DNA from: Candidatus Woesearchaeota archaeon
Lineage (GTDB): Archaea; Nanobdellota; Nanobdellia; Pacearchaeales; GW2011-AR1
Direction: 5' to 3'
DNA: 34,057 nucleotides
Assembly: GCA_964346485.1 (NCBI GenBank)
Contig: CAYFUJ010000018.1
Coordinates: 1 to 34,057 of the forward strand
Shown piece after piece: positions 14,978-22,173 of this stretch. The position numbers and the translations under genes were made by a program. Within the stretch, counting starts at the first letter, position 1. Every line of letters begins with the position of its first letter. The notes beneath the pieces are model-generated. The model was not told the origin of the DNA, did not search any database, and worked only from the letters and a program-made list of their open reading frames with translations.

Positions 14978-15700
14978 ATGAAATCCAAAAAATCAAGGAC
15001 AAAAAAAGAAATTCCTTTAATTGATTATTTAAAAGAGATTACTGGATTCAAAAGGAAAAAACATTACCCAGAAGTTCATGAGATCCATAAAAAATACCAC
15101 ATCTCAAGGAGAACTCTTTTTTATGTTAAAGAATACGGAAAGAACGCAAACGTCTCAAAGACGATAATAAGAGAAAGCATAAAAATTTTGCTTCTCGCTT
15201 CTATTATAAGCTCTTTCGGAGGTCTTGCCCTCGAGCAGATCAAAACCCTTTTCCTTTCAATAATGCCCCTGCTTATCCTTCTTCCCTCACTAAATAATAT
15301 GATAGGAAACTACGGAACAATAATTTCCTCAAGATTCTCAACAATGCTTCATGAGGGAGGGATAGATAAAAAAAAGCAGAAGAACAGAGAATTGAAAAAA
15401 CTGTTTTTACAAATGACTCTGATGACAATCATTGGAGCTGTTCTGAGCTCACTGATCGCAATAGCAATAACTCATTTTTCAGGCGGAATTTCACTAGGAA
15501 TAGCAGTAAAAGTTTTCTTTATCGTTCTTATTGATATGTTTGTCCTTACAAACGTCCTTTTTTTTGTAGCAACCCGTGCAGGAATTTATATTTACAAGAA
15601 AAAAGAAGATCCAAACAATTTCCTAATTCCAATAACCACTTCTGTTGCTGACTTCACCAACATGGTGATTCTTGCAGTTCTGATTATTCTGCTTTTCTGA
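14978..15700 (+). CDS. MgtE-type divalent cation transporter, membrane domain (half 2) with a ~60-aa basic N-terminal extension
   Basis: 240 aa. The signature is EDPNNFLIPITTSVADFTNMVIL. The start lies 1 nt after the stop of half 1. Confidence 0.7.
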   Translation: MKSKKSRTKKEIPLIDYLKEITGFKRKKHYPEVHEIHKKYHISRRTLFYVKEYGKNANVSKTIIRESIKILLLASIISSFGGLALEQIKTLFLSIMPLLILLPSLNNMIGNYGTIISSRFSTMLHEGGIDKKKQKNRELKKLFLQMTLMTIIGAVLSSLIAIAITHFSGGISLGIAVKVFFIVLIDMFVLTNVLFFVATRAGIYIYKKKEDPNNFLIPITTSVADFTNMVILAVLIILLF

Positions 15701-15733
15701 AACCTTTTTATAATAACCAATCCTTCTTTTGAG

Positions 15734-16402
15734 ATGATTGAAAAAATAGATAAGCCTATTTTTAAGCTTACACCCACATATTTGGATTTAATGAAAGAGT
15801 GTGCGAGGTGTTTTTGGCTAAGCCAGCACAAGGTTTGGAAAAGGCCAAATGGAATTTTTCCAAGTCTGCCGACAGGAATGGACAGGATTCTTAAAATTCA
15901 TTTTGATAAGTTTAGAGATAAGGGGGAGCTTCCTCCTGAACTTTGCGAAAAAGACGATTGTGAAAACATGAAACTTTTTGATAATAAATCCTTACTAAAA
16001 AAATGGCGAAATAACAGAAAAGGTATTGTATGGCAAGACGAGAAAGGCAATCTCTTAAAAGGAGCTATAGATAATATATTAGTTAAAGATGGTAAACTCA
16101 TTGTTTTAGATTACAAAACCCGGGGATTTCCCTTGAAAGATAACACACACGAACATTCCCAAGACCAGTTAGATATCTATAATTTTCTTTTAAGAAAAAA
16201 TGGTTACCAGACAGAGGATTTCGCTTTTCTCTTATTCTATATTCCAAAAGAAGTGACAGAAACAGGAGAAGTGATTTTTGATACTGTTCTTAAAAAAATG
16301 AAAATCAATATACAAAATGCTGAGAAAATATGGGAAAGAGCAATCAAATTATTAAATTCTGAATGTCCTCAAAAAGGCTGTGAATGGTGCGAGGGATTTT
16401 AA
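15734..16402 (+). CDS. Cas4-like PD-(D/E)XK nuclease with Fe-S cysteines
   Basis: 222 aa. It has an N-terminal CARCFW, a core GAIDNILVKDGKLIVLDYKT (D...D-x-K), QLDIYNFLL (QxxxY) and a C-terminal CPQKGCEWCEG (C-x5-C-x2-C). No cas genes or CRISPR array are in the window. Confidence 0.7.
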   Translation: MIEKIDKPIFKLTPTYLDLMKECARCFWLSQHKVWKRPNGIFPSLPTGMDRILKIHFDKFRDKGELPPELCEKDDCENMKLFDNKSLLKKWRNNRKGIVWQDEKGNLLKGAIDNILVKDGKLIVLDYKTRGFPLKDNTHEHSQDQLDIYNFLLRKNGYQTEDFAFLLFYIPKEVTETGEVIFDTVLKKMKINIQNAEKIWERAIKLLNSECPQKGCEWCEGF

Positions 16403-16497
16403 AAGAAAAGCCTCTTCTACGTTTATAAAAACCTTTTTATATTGCAAAAAACTCTTTTTATTATAAATAAAGAGGTTGAAAGGAGGTAAAACGAGAG

Positions 16498-16881
16498 ATG
16501 GCTTTTAGTGTTGTAGAATGGTTTGTTCTGGTCTTTGTAATAATAGCTATTATAAAGATTTTGATATGTTCCTTTAAACCAAAAGCATGGCTTGACCTTG
16601 TAAAAGGCCTTTACAAAAATGGGGTTGTCTTGTTCATAGTAGAATTAATTCTGGCCGCAGTATTGTTCTACTACTTGCTCATGGAATTATCTGTCGTTAC
16701 TATAATGGCTGTAATAGTTCTTGGAGCACTGTTAACAGGAATGTCATTTGCTCTGTATAATAAAGATACGATGAGTTGGGCAGGAAAAATATTGAAGGGC
16801 AAGACACTTTTGAACAAAGCATGGCTGCCTATTTTGATATGGTTAGCTTTGTCAATCTGGGTTTTAGTGGAATTATTTTAA
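16498..16881 (+). CDS. Integral membrane protein (127 aa, about 4 TM)
   Basis: Strong SD (GAAAGGAGGT) upstream and hydrophobic throughout. No family recognised. Confidence 0.6.
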   Translation: MAFSVVEWFVLVFVIIAIIKILICSFKPKAWLDLVKGLYKNGVVLFIVELILAAVLFYYLLMELSVVTIMAVIVLGALLTGMSFALYNKDTMSWAGKILKGKTLLNKAWLPILIWLALSIWVLVELF

Positions 16882-16963
16882 TTTTTTAATTTTTTAATTT
16901 TGAAGAAAAAGTTACTTGGAAGAGTATCGGCTATTTTATAAATTCTGATTTTTTTATTTTATC

Positions 16964-17410
16964 ATGAAAAATAAACTTATCTATTTGATTATCCTTGCAA
17001 TTCTTATTATAATTATTTTGACAACTGTTCTGTGGAATTCAGAAACATCAGAAAAGCCAACAGAAGTATATGGGACAGTAAGTCTTAAAGGAGAATTGTT
17101 CTGTCCTTGTTTTTTGGTAGATGATGTTGAAGTCTGGTATGATTTAATGGATGGAAAGCCGGCAGTTGATGTTTCAGATATAAACAATGGAGATTTTGTT
17201 GTTGTAAAAGGAGAATATGCGGATAATCAGCTTTGGGCAACAGAAATTTTTAAAGCTCCAAAGTGCGAGCCAGGAGACAGAAACGCAGATGCTTGCATAG
17301 AGATTTATCAGCCTGTCTGCGGAATGCCAATAAACCAGACATTCAGCAATTCCTGCTTTGCGTGCATCAATGAGGACGTGATTTATTATATAGAGGGAGA
17401 ATGCTCATGA
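16964..17410 (+). CDS. Secreted or membrane-anchored protein with C-terminal Kazal-like domain
   Basis: 148 aa with an N-terminal signal/anchor (LIYLIILAILIIIILTTVLW). The C-terminus CEPGDRNADACIEIYQPVCGMPINQTFSNSCFACINEDVIYYIEGEC has spacing C-x9-C-x7-C-x11-C-x2-C-x12-C and the YxPVCG...(T)FSNxCxxC core of Kazal inhibitors. Confidence 0.65.
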   Translation: MKNKLIYLIILAILIIIILTTVLWNSETSEKPTEVYGTVSLKGELFCPCFLVDDVEVWYDLMDGKPAVDVSDINNGDFVVVKGEYADNQLWATEIFKAPKCEPGDRNADACIEIYQPVCGMPINQTFSNSCFACINEDVIYYIEGECS

Positions 17411-17568
17411 GCAAAAAAACAAAAAGAGAGATGAACAAAAAAGTCTTTTTTCTTTCTCTGCTTGCTTTGATTTTTATAGCAATGACTTTTCTTGTTCATT
17501 GGGTTTTTATCATCGGCGCAATTATAATAATGCTCATCAATCAGAGAGAACTTTTTGGAAAGAAATAA
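17407..17568 (+). CDS. Small membrane protein (53 aa), below the ORF-track cut-off
   Basis: Its ATG overlaps the upstream TGA (ATGA). My translation is MSKKTKREMNKKVFFLSLLALIFIAMTFLVHWVFIIGAIIIMLINQRELFGKK. The antisense track ORF 17386-17631 looks spurious. Confidence 0.5.
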   Translation: MSKKTKREMNKKVFFLSLLALIFIAMTFLVHWVFIIGAIIIMLINQRELFGKK

Positions 17569-17569
17569 A

Positions 17570-19195
17570 TTATATCTTCTTTTTTCTAAGAATTCTGAAA
17601 CCTTCCCAAGCAACAAATCCACCAAGAGCAAACATCAAAAGGGAGACTCCTGCCAGGACATAATTTCCTTCGCTGATATATCCGCCTGCCCTGAATGTTA
17701 GATAGAGAAGAGCTGAAAGAGTCGTCACAAGGACAAAGAGAGCTGGAATTAAGATGAATTTTACTCTTGTTTTTCTTGAGACAAAATAAGCAGAAATTCC
17801 TATCATTGTTATCGAGGCTATTAATTGATTTGAAGTTCCGAAAAGCCGCCAGATAGTTTCATAAGTGTTTGTGACTGCGAGAAGCCAGGCAGGAATTAAA
17901 GTTACCAGTGTTAAAAACACCTTGTTTTTTAGTTTTGGGAAAAGATTTTCAGAAATAATAAATCTTCCTAAACGTGTCGATGTATCTACAGAAGTGAGAA
18001 TAAACTGATTGACCATGAACGCACCTAGAAGAGCTGCGATTCCTACAGTTAAGACAGGAATAATATTACCCACAATATTTCCAAATCCTGTTGAGAAGAG
18101 AACAATCCATCCTTGATTGAGAGTATCCTGGAAACTTCCTGCACCAGCACCCCACTTTACCCCTGAAATTACAACAACAGTGACAAGAATAGCAAGAAGC
18201 CCTTCAAGAAGCATTCCGCCATAACCAATAGCTTTTCCATGACTCTCCTTAGCTATCTGTTTGCTGGTTGTTCCTGAAGACACTAGACCGTGAAATCCTG
18301 AAATAGCACCGCATGCAACTGTGATAAAAAGAATCGGCCATATAGGGAAACCTCCTCCTGAAATATAAGAAGGCGCATTAATCACAGGCCTTGCAATAAA
18401 AAATGCAACAAAGCCAAGAGTCAGAATCAGAACCATTTGGATCGCGCTTAGATAATCTCTGGGTCTCAACAGAATCCAGACAGGAGCAATAGATGCAATA
18501 AACGCATAGATAAAAATTATCGTTATCCAGATGTTTTTCATCAGCACAGGATTTGATATTGAAAAAGATAAAGGAAACATATTTCCTATCCATACAAAAA
18601 AGAAAACGAGAATTATCGCAATTATACTTGTGGTTTTCCAATTCCATCTGTATTTTTTCACTCCTAAACCCAGAGCAACAGCTATGAATGTTATTGCCAG
18701 CAAAGGAATAACCAGATCTGGTTTTTGGATTATGCTTTCTGCTGCAGAAGCACTGAAAACAGTTATAATTAAAACCAAAGTCAGCCATATCATCAGACCA
18801 AAAACCCATCCTGCTTTTGAGTTCAGATATTTTTTTGCTATTACAGAAACACTTTTTCCTTTGTTTCTTACAGAAGCCATTAGAGAAGTATAGTCATGCA
18901 TAGCTCCTATAAAAACAGCTCCGAGTAAAACCCATAAGACAACAGGGCTCCACCCAAAATAACTCACAGCAATTATAGGCCCGATAATTGGTCCTGCACC
19001 AGCAATAGAAGCGAAATGATGCCCAACAAGGAAAGGTTTTGACGAAGCAGAATAATCAATATCTTCTTTTCTCGACGAAGCAGGAGTTTTATTCTTATCA
19101 CTTATCTTCAATTTTTTAGCTATAAACCTGCCATAAAATCTATATCCGATATAAAACCAAACCAATGCAAGAATAATTATCCATACCGAATTCAT
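17570..19195 (-). CDS. cstA: Carbon starvation protein A family transporter (CstA, peptide/pyruvate uptake)
   Basis: 541 aa, polytopic. The N-terminal IGYRFYGRFIAKKL...HHFASIAGAGPIIGPIIAVSYFGWSPVVLWVLLGAVFIGAMHDY is the CstA signature region. Confidence 0.88.
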   Translation of the reverse strand: MNSVWIIILALVWFYIGYRFYGRFIAKKLKISDKNKTPASSRKEDIDYSASSKPFLVGHHFASIAGAGPIIGPIIAVSYFGWSPVVLWVLLGAVFIGAMHDYTSLMASVRNKGKSVSVIAKKYLNSKAGWVFGLMIWLTLVLIITVFSASAAESIIQKPDLVIPLLAITFIAVALGLGVKKYRWNWKTTSIIAIILVFFFVWIGNMFPLSFSISNPVLMKNIWITIIFIYAFIASIAPVWILLRPRDYLSAIQMVLILTLGFVAFFIARPVINAPSYISGGGFPIWPILFITVACGAISGFHGLVSSGTTSKQIAKESHGKAIGYGGMLLEGLLAILVTVVVISGVKWGAGAGSFQDTLNQGWIVLFSTGFGNIVGNIIPVLTVGIAALLGAFMVNQFILTSVDTSTRLGRFIISENLFPKLKNKVFLTLVTLIPAWLLAVTNTYETIWRLFGTSNQLIASITMIGISAYFVSRKTRVKFILIPALFVLVTTLSALLYLTFRAGGYISEGNYVLAGVSLLMFALGGFVAWEGFRILRKKKI

Positions 19196-19275
19196 CTTAT
19201 ACCTCTTTTAACCTTTATCAAGTCAGGAAATCTCTATATAAAAATTCTTTCTTTATTCTGAATTTTTCCTAAACT

Positions 19276-19596
19276 CTATTGCTTTTCTTCTGCTTCTTCT
19301 GGTTCTTCTGCAGGTTTTTCCTTTTCTGATCTAGTTTCTCCACCTTCTCTGGAAGGTCTTGCTTCTTTAACAACAAGCCTTCTTCCTTCGATATCTTTCT
19401 CATTCATTTCTGCCATAGCTTTGTCAGCATCTGCATCATTCTTGTATGTGACAAAACCAAATCCACGGGATCTTCCTGTATATTTGTTGGCAATAACCAA
19501 TGCCTCTTCTACCTCACCAAAAGAAGAAAAAAGCTCGTTAAGCTTTTCCTGGGTAACACTCCAAGGTAAATTTCCCACATAAATTCTTTTGCTCAT
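19276..19596 (-). CDS. RRM (RNP-1/RNP-2) RNA-binding protein with acidic tail
   Basis: 106 aa. RNP-2 is IYVGNL and RNP-1 is RGFGFVTY. The overall sequence KRIYVGNLPWSVTQEKLNELFSSFGEVEEALVIANKYTGRSRGFGFVTYKNDADADKAMAEMN is a classical RRM. Confidence 0.88.
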   Translation of the reverse strand: MSKRIYVGNLPWSVTQEKLNELFSSFGEVEEALVIANKYTGRSRGFGFVTYKNDADADKAMAEMNEKDIEGRRLVVKEARPSREGGETRSEKEKPAEEPEEAEEKQ

Positions 19597-19696
19597 TTAC
19601 TCTCCATCTTCATTTATTTAAGAACAAGACTAAGCCTGTCCATCTTATTCTTACCAAAAAAACCAGTTTTATAAACTTAACTGTCTTTTCTCCTGA

Positions 19697-20116
19697 ATGG
19701 ATGAACTGGAAAAGCTAAAAAAAGAGAACGAAGAGCTGAAAAAGGAAATTGAAAAGCTAAAAGCAATTAAAATTAATCAAAAACAAGGGATGATAAAAAA
19801 AGCAACACAGGGAAACCTCATGTCAAGAGCTCCTTTCGGCTATAAGATTCAGGGCAAAAAACTCCTTCCTGCAGAAAATTTCAGGGAAATTGAGGAAATT
19901 TTTGAAGAATTTCTAAAAGAAAATCTAAGTCTTAGAAAACTCGCAGAAAAACACAAGCTTTCTGTCAATGGACTCAAGAAAATTCTAAAAAACTTCACAT
20001 ATATCGGAAAGATAAAATTCAACAACCAGATTTATGATGGAAGCCACCAGCCGATTATCTCAACCACATTATTCAATCATGTCCAGAACAAACTCGAAAA
20101 GCTCGGGATAAAATGA
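19697..20116 (+). CDS. Serine-recombinase paralogue lacking the catalytic domain (coiled-coil N-terminus plus recombinase/DNA-binding domain)
   Basis: 139 aa. Residues ~30-139 (GMIKKATQGNLMSRAPFGYKI...IEEIFEEFLKENLSLRKLAEKHKLSVNGLKKILKNFTYIGKIKF...GSHQPIISTTLFNHVQNKL) align by eye with residues ~145-250 of the recombinase at 11816-12568. There is no S-x-x-Q catalytic block. Confidence 0.7.
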   Translation: MDELEKLKKENEELKKEIEKLKAIKINQKQGMIKKATQGNLMSRAPFGYKIQGKKLLPAENFREIEEIFEEFLKENLSLRKLAEKHKLSVNGLKKILKNFTYIGKIKFNNQIYDGSHQPIISTTLFNHVQNKLEKLGIK

Positions 20117-20120
20117 TTAT
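20103..20120. repeat. 18-bp perfect direct repeat, copy 1 (TCGGGATAAAATGATTAT)
   Basis: Identical to 20585-20602. It covers the last codons and stop of 19697-20116 (+) and the stop of 20117-20494 (-). Confidence 0.95.
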
Positions 20121-20494
20121 TTTTTCAACTCATCCCAGAAATTATAAATATCTGTTTCAGGGTCAAAGTTTCCTGTCTTTCCAAGATATTGTTGCATTTC
20201 ACTAACACTTAGATATCTACTTCCTAATCCATTTACTGGGTCTAATCCAAGGATTTCATAAATTTTTATCATCTCTTCAATATCTAAACGATTATTTGAA
20301 TTTACATCAGCTATTCGTTCTACTTTTTTTTCTAATCTATTTCTGAATTTATCCTTTGTTTCAAAATCGGCCTTTAAATAAATAAACGCACCAAGAGAGA
20401 GTAAAATAAGAAATGGAAGGGTTATTATATATTTTGTAAAAGCATCTTTATTAGCGCGTATTAAACTTCTTATCGTAAGCTTTTTGCCGTCCAT
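20117..20494 (-). CDS. Membrane-anchored EF-hand-like protein
   Basis: 125 aa with one TM segment (YIITLPFLILLSLGAFIYL). DVNSNNRLDIEE fits the 12-residue EF-hand loop (D-x-N-x-N-x-x-L-D-x-x-E). Confidence 0.55.
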   Translation of the reverse strand: MDGKKLTIRSLIRANKDAFTKYIITLPFLILLSLGAFIYLKADFETKDKFRNRLEKKVERIADVNSNNRLDIEEMIKIYEILGLDPVNGLGSRYLSVSEMQQYLGKTGNFDPETDIYNFWDELKK

Positions 20495-20584
20495 ACTTTT
20501 TATACAAATAATTTATTTTTAAATTTTATCGATATAGAACATATAATCTATCTGTAACTCATCTGTCTTTAATAATCACAATAT

Positions 20585-20602
20585 TCGGGATAAAATGATT
20601 AT
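20585..20602. repeat. 18-bp perfect direct repeat, copy 2 (TCGGGATAAAATGATTAT)
   Basis: Identical to 20103-20120. It covers the stop codon of 20599-20892 (-). Confidence 0.95.
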
Positions 20603-20892
20603 CTGGACTCATACTTACTTATATTTTTTTCCAGAGGTTTAAAGGGAAAAGGTCTTCTATTGCTTACAAATATTAGGTATCTCTGAAAGACATACCACTG
20701 TGTATTCCATATCTCACTTAACTCTGCAACATCCCGAAGTCTCTTTCCTGTAAAAATAGTACAAAAGAAATTAATCAAAACTAAAACCCATATTAAATAT
20801 CTCCATACTACAAGTACAACTCCAGAGACAATAAGGACAATTATCCTCATTAAAGCCTCCAATCTTTCATTTCTTTTTCTTTTTTTGTTCAT
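20599..20892 (-). CDS. Small membrane protein (97 aa), DUF4389-like
   Basis: I chose the internal ATG at 20892 (MNKKRKRNERLEALMRIIVLIVSGVVLVVWRYLIWVLVLINFF...). The longer track ORF to 21057 would overlap the uS9 gene by 160 nt. The start lies 1 nt after the uS9 stop. Confidence 0.55.
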   Translation of the reverse strand: MNKKRKRNERLEALMRIIVLIVSGVVLVVWRYLIWVLVLINFFCTIFTGKRLRDVAELSEIWNTQWYVFQRYLIFVSNRRPFPFKPLEKNISKYESR

Positions 20893-20893
20893 T

Positions 20894-21298
20894 TTACCTA
20901 TAACTCGTCTGCCGTTTTCTCCTTGCCTTGCTATCTCCTGGCTTGTATGCCTCTTTTCTCCGAACATCTGCAACAAGCAGAGTTCTGTCATAATCGAGAA
21001 AAGCCTTTTCAAGATTTTTATTTTTTGTAAATCTAACAATCGCTCTTGCCAATGCAAGTCTTGAAGCTTCTACCTGGCTTTTTCCTCCACCACCTTTTAC
21101 ATTAATCGCGACATCAAAATTGAACTTGCCAAGAATATTTTCGGCAATTCTTAAAGGCTCCTCAATTTTTAATCTGTCAAATCGATTCAGAGTATTATAA
21201 GGTTTTTTGTTTATCGTTATTTTTCCAGTTCCTTCTGTGGCCACAGCTCTTGCAACAGCTGTTTTTCTTTTTCCAGATGTTATTATTTTTTTACTCAT
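20894..21298 (-). CDS. rps9: 30S ribosomal protein uS9
   Basis: 134 aa. GKRKTAVARA...GGGKSQVEASRLALARAIV...DVRRKEAYKPGDSKARRKRQTSYR. Confidence 0.95.
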   Translation of the reverse strand: MSKKIITSGKRKTAVARAVATEGTGKITINKKPYNTLNRFDRLKIEEPLRIAENILGKFNFDVAINVKGGGGKSQVEASRLALARAIVRFTKNKNLEKAFLDYDRTLLVADVRRKEAYKPGDSKARRKRQTSYR

Positions 21299-21693
21299 TT
21301 TATTTTTGAAATATCTTCAACATGAATAAATTTAGCTTTCTTTTCCCTTCCTCCGATAATTTTTTTAGATTCTTGAAATTCTTTTGGAATTCCGATATAG
21401 CATTTTATTTTTCTGTAGGCAGTTTTTCCTCTTCCTTGCCTATGATCTGGAAGCATGCCCCTGATTGTTCTTTTGACTATTTTGTCAGCGTTCCTCGAGT
21501 GCTTCGGACCTTTCTGACTGCTTCCTGTTCTTCTTCTTCTTTTCTCAAATTCTTTTCTAATATTTTTCCTGTTTCCCGTAATTATTATCTGGCCGCAGTT
21601 TAAAATCACAATTTCTTCTCCTTGGAGAGCCTGTTTTGCAGCATAACTCGCCAACCTCCCTAAAACAGCATTTTTTCCGTCAATTATCTTCAT
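21295..21693 (-). CDS. rpl13: 50S ribosomal protein uL13
   Basis: 132 aa. IDGKNAVLGRLASYAAKQALQGEEIVILNCGQIIITG...RTIRGMLP. It has 4-nt overlaps with both neighbours. Confidence 0.93.
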   Translation of the reverse strand: MKIIDGKNAVLGRLASYAAKQALQGEEIVILNCGQIIITGNRKNIRKEFEKRRRRTGSSQKGPKHSRNADKIVKRTIRGMLPDHRQGRGKTAYRKIKCYIGIPKEFQESKKIIGGREKKAKFIHVEDISKIK

Positions 21694-22067
21694 TTTCTTC
21701 TTGCCAAAACCCTACACTTTTTCATGCTAGGATTTTTTTTAATTTCTCCGATTATATCTGAATGAGCTACCTTTGATTTTAATAGCTTTTCTTTGGCTTT
21801 TTCTGAAAAACTCTGAGCAACAATTTTTATTTTTTTAGTGATTTCCCCCTGAGAAAGAACTTTTCCAGGAACAACAACGATCTCCCCATTTTTTGAATTC
21901 TCGTTTATCTCTTCGACATTTAAACTTATCTTCTTTCTTCGTGGTCCTGAAAGAATTCCTGCAACTCTGAGCCATTTTTCTTTTTTCTTTGCAGCAAGAA
22001 TTGTTTCAACTAGTTTTTTGTTGCTTTTCCTTTCAATTTGCTTTCCTATTTTTGCCTTGGTTTTCAT
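21690..22067 (-). CDS. rpl18e: 50S ribosomal protein eL18 (L18e)
   Basis: 125 aa. LSGPRRKKISLNVEEIN...GEIVVVPGKVLSQGEITKKIKIVAQSFSEKAKEKL. It occupies the conserved position upstream of uL13 and uS9. Confidence 0.88.
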   Translation of the reverse strand: MKTKAKIGKQIERKSNKKLVETILAAKKKEKWLRVAGILSGPRRKKISLNVEEINENSKNGEIVVVPGKVLSQGEITKKIKIVAQSFSEKAKEKLLKSKVAHSDIIGEIKKNPSMKKCRVLARRK

Positions 22068-22173
22068 TGTAAATTAACAGAAGTATGAACTCCTGCTAAC
22101 GCGATTAACTCGCAGGTTATAAAATGCAGTTTTAACTAATTTATAAAGTTTATGTTAAAAATTTATTAAAATA

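Noticed and set aside
16876-16901. (TTTTAATT)n tract whose reverse complement shares about 23 nt with the (AATTAAAA)n tract of the oriC DUE at 8292-8319; considered as a second origin or a dispersed repeat
   Set aside because: It is a low-complexity A/T microsatellite directly after a stop codon with no ORB boxes nearby. It is most simply an oligo-T terminator region, and the match is not informative at this base composition.
20893-21057. N-terminal 55-aa extension of track ORF 20599-21057
   Set aside because: It would overlap the 3' end of the well-supported uS9 gene in another frame. The internal ATG at 20892, 1 nt after the uS9 stop, gives a compact membrane protein.
22092-22116. G/C-rich imperfect hairpin (CCTGC..GCGA-TTAAC-TCGC..GCAGG) in the eL18 leader, considered as an autoregulatory r-protein binding site
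   Set aside because: The stems are only 4-5 bp and mutually exclusive, and I recognise no conserved motif. This is too weak to call without comparative data.
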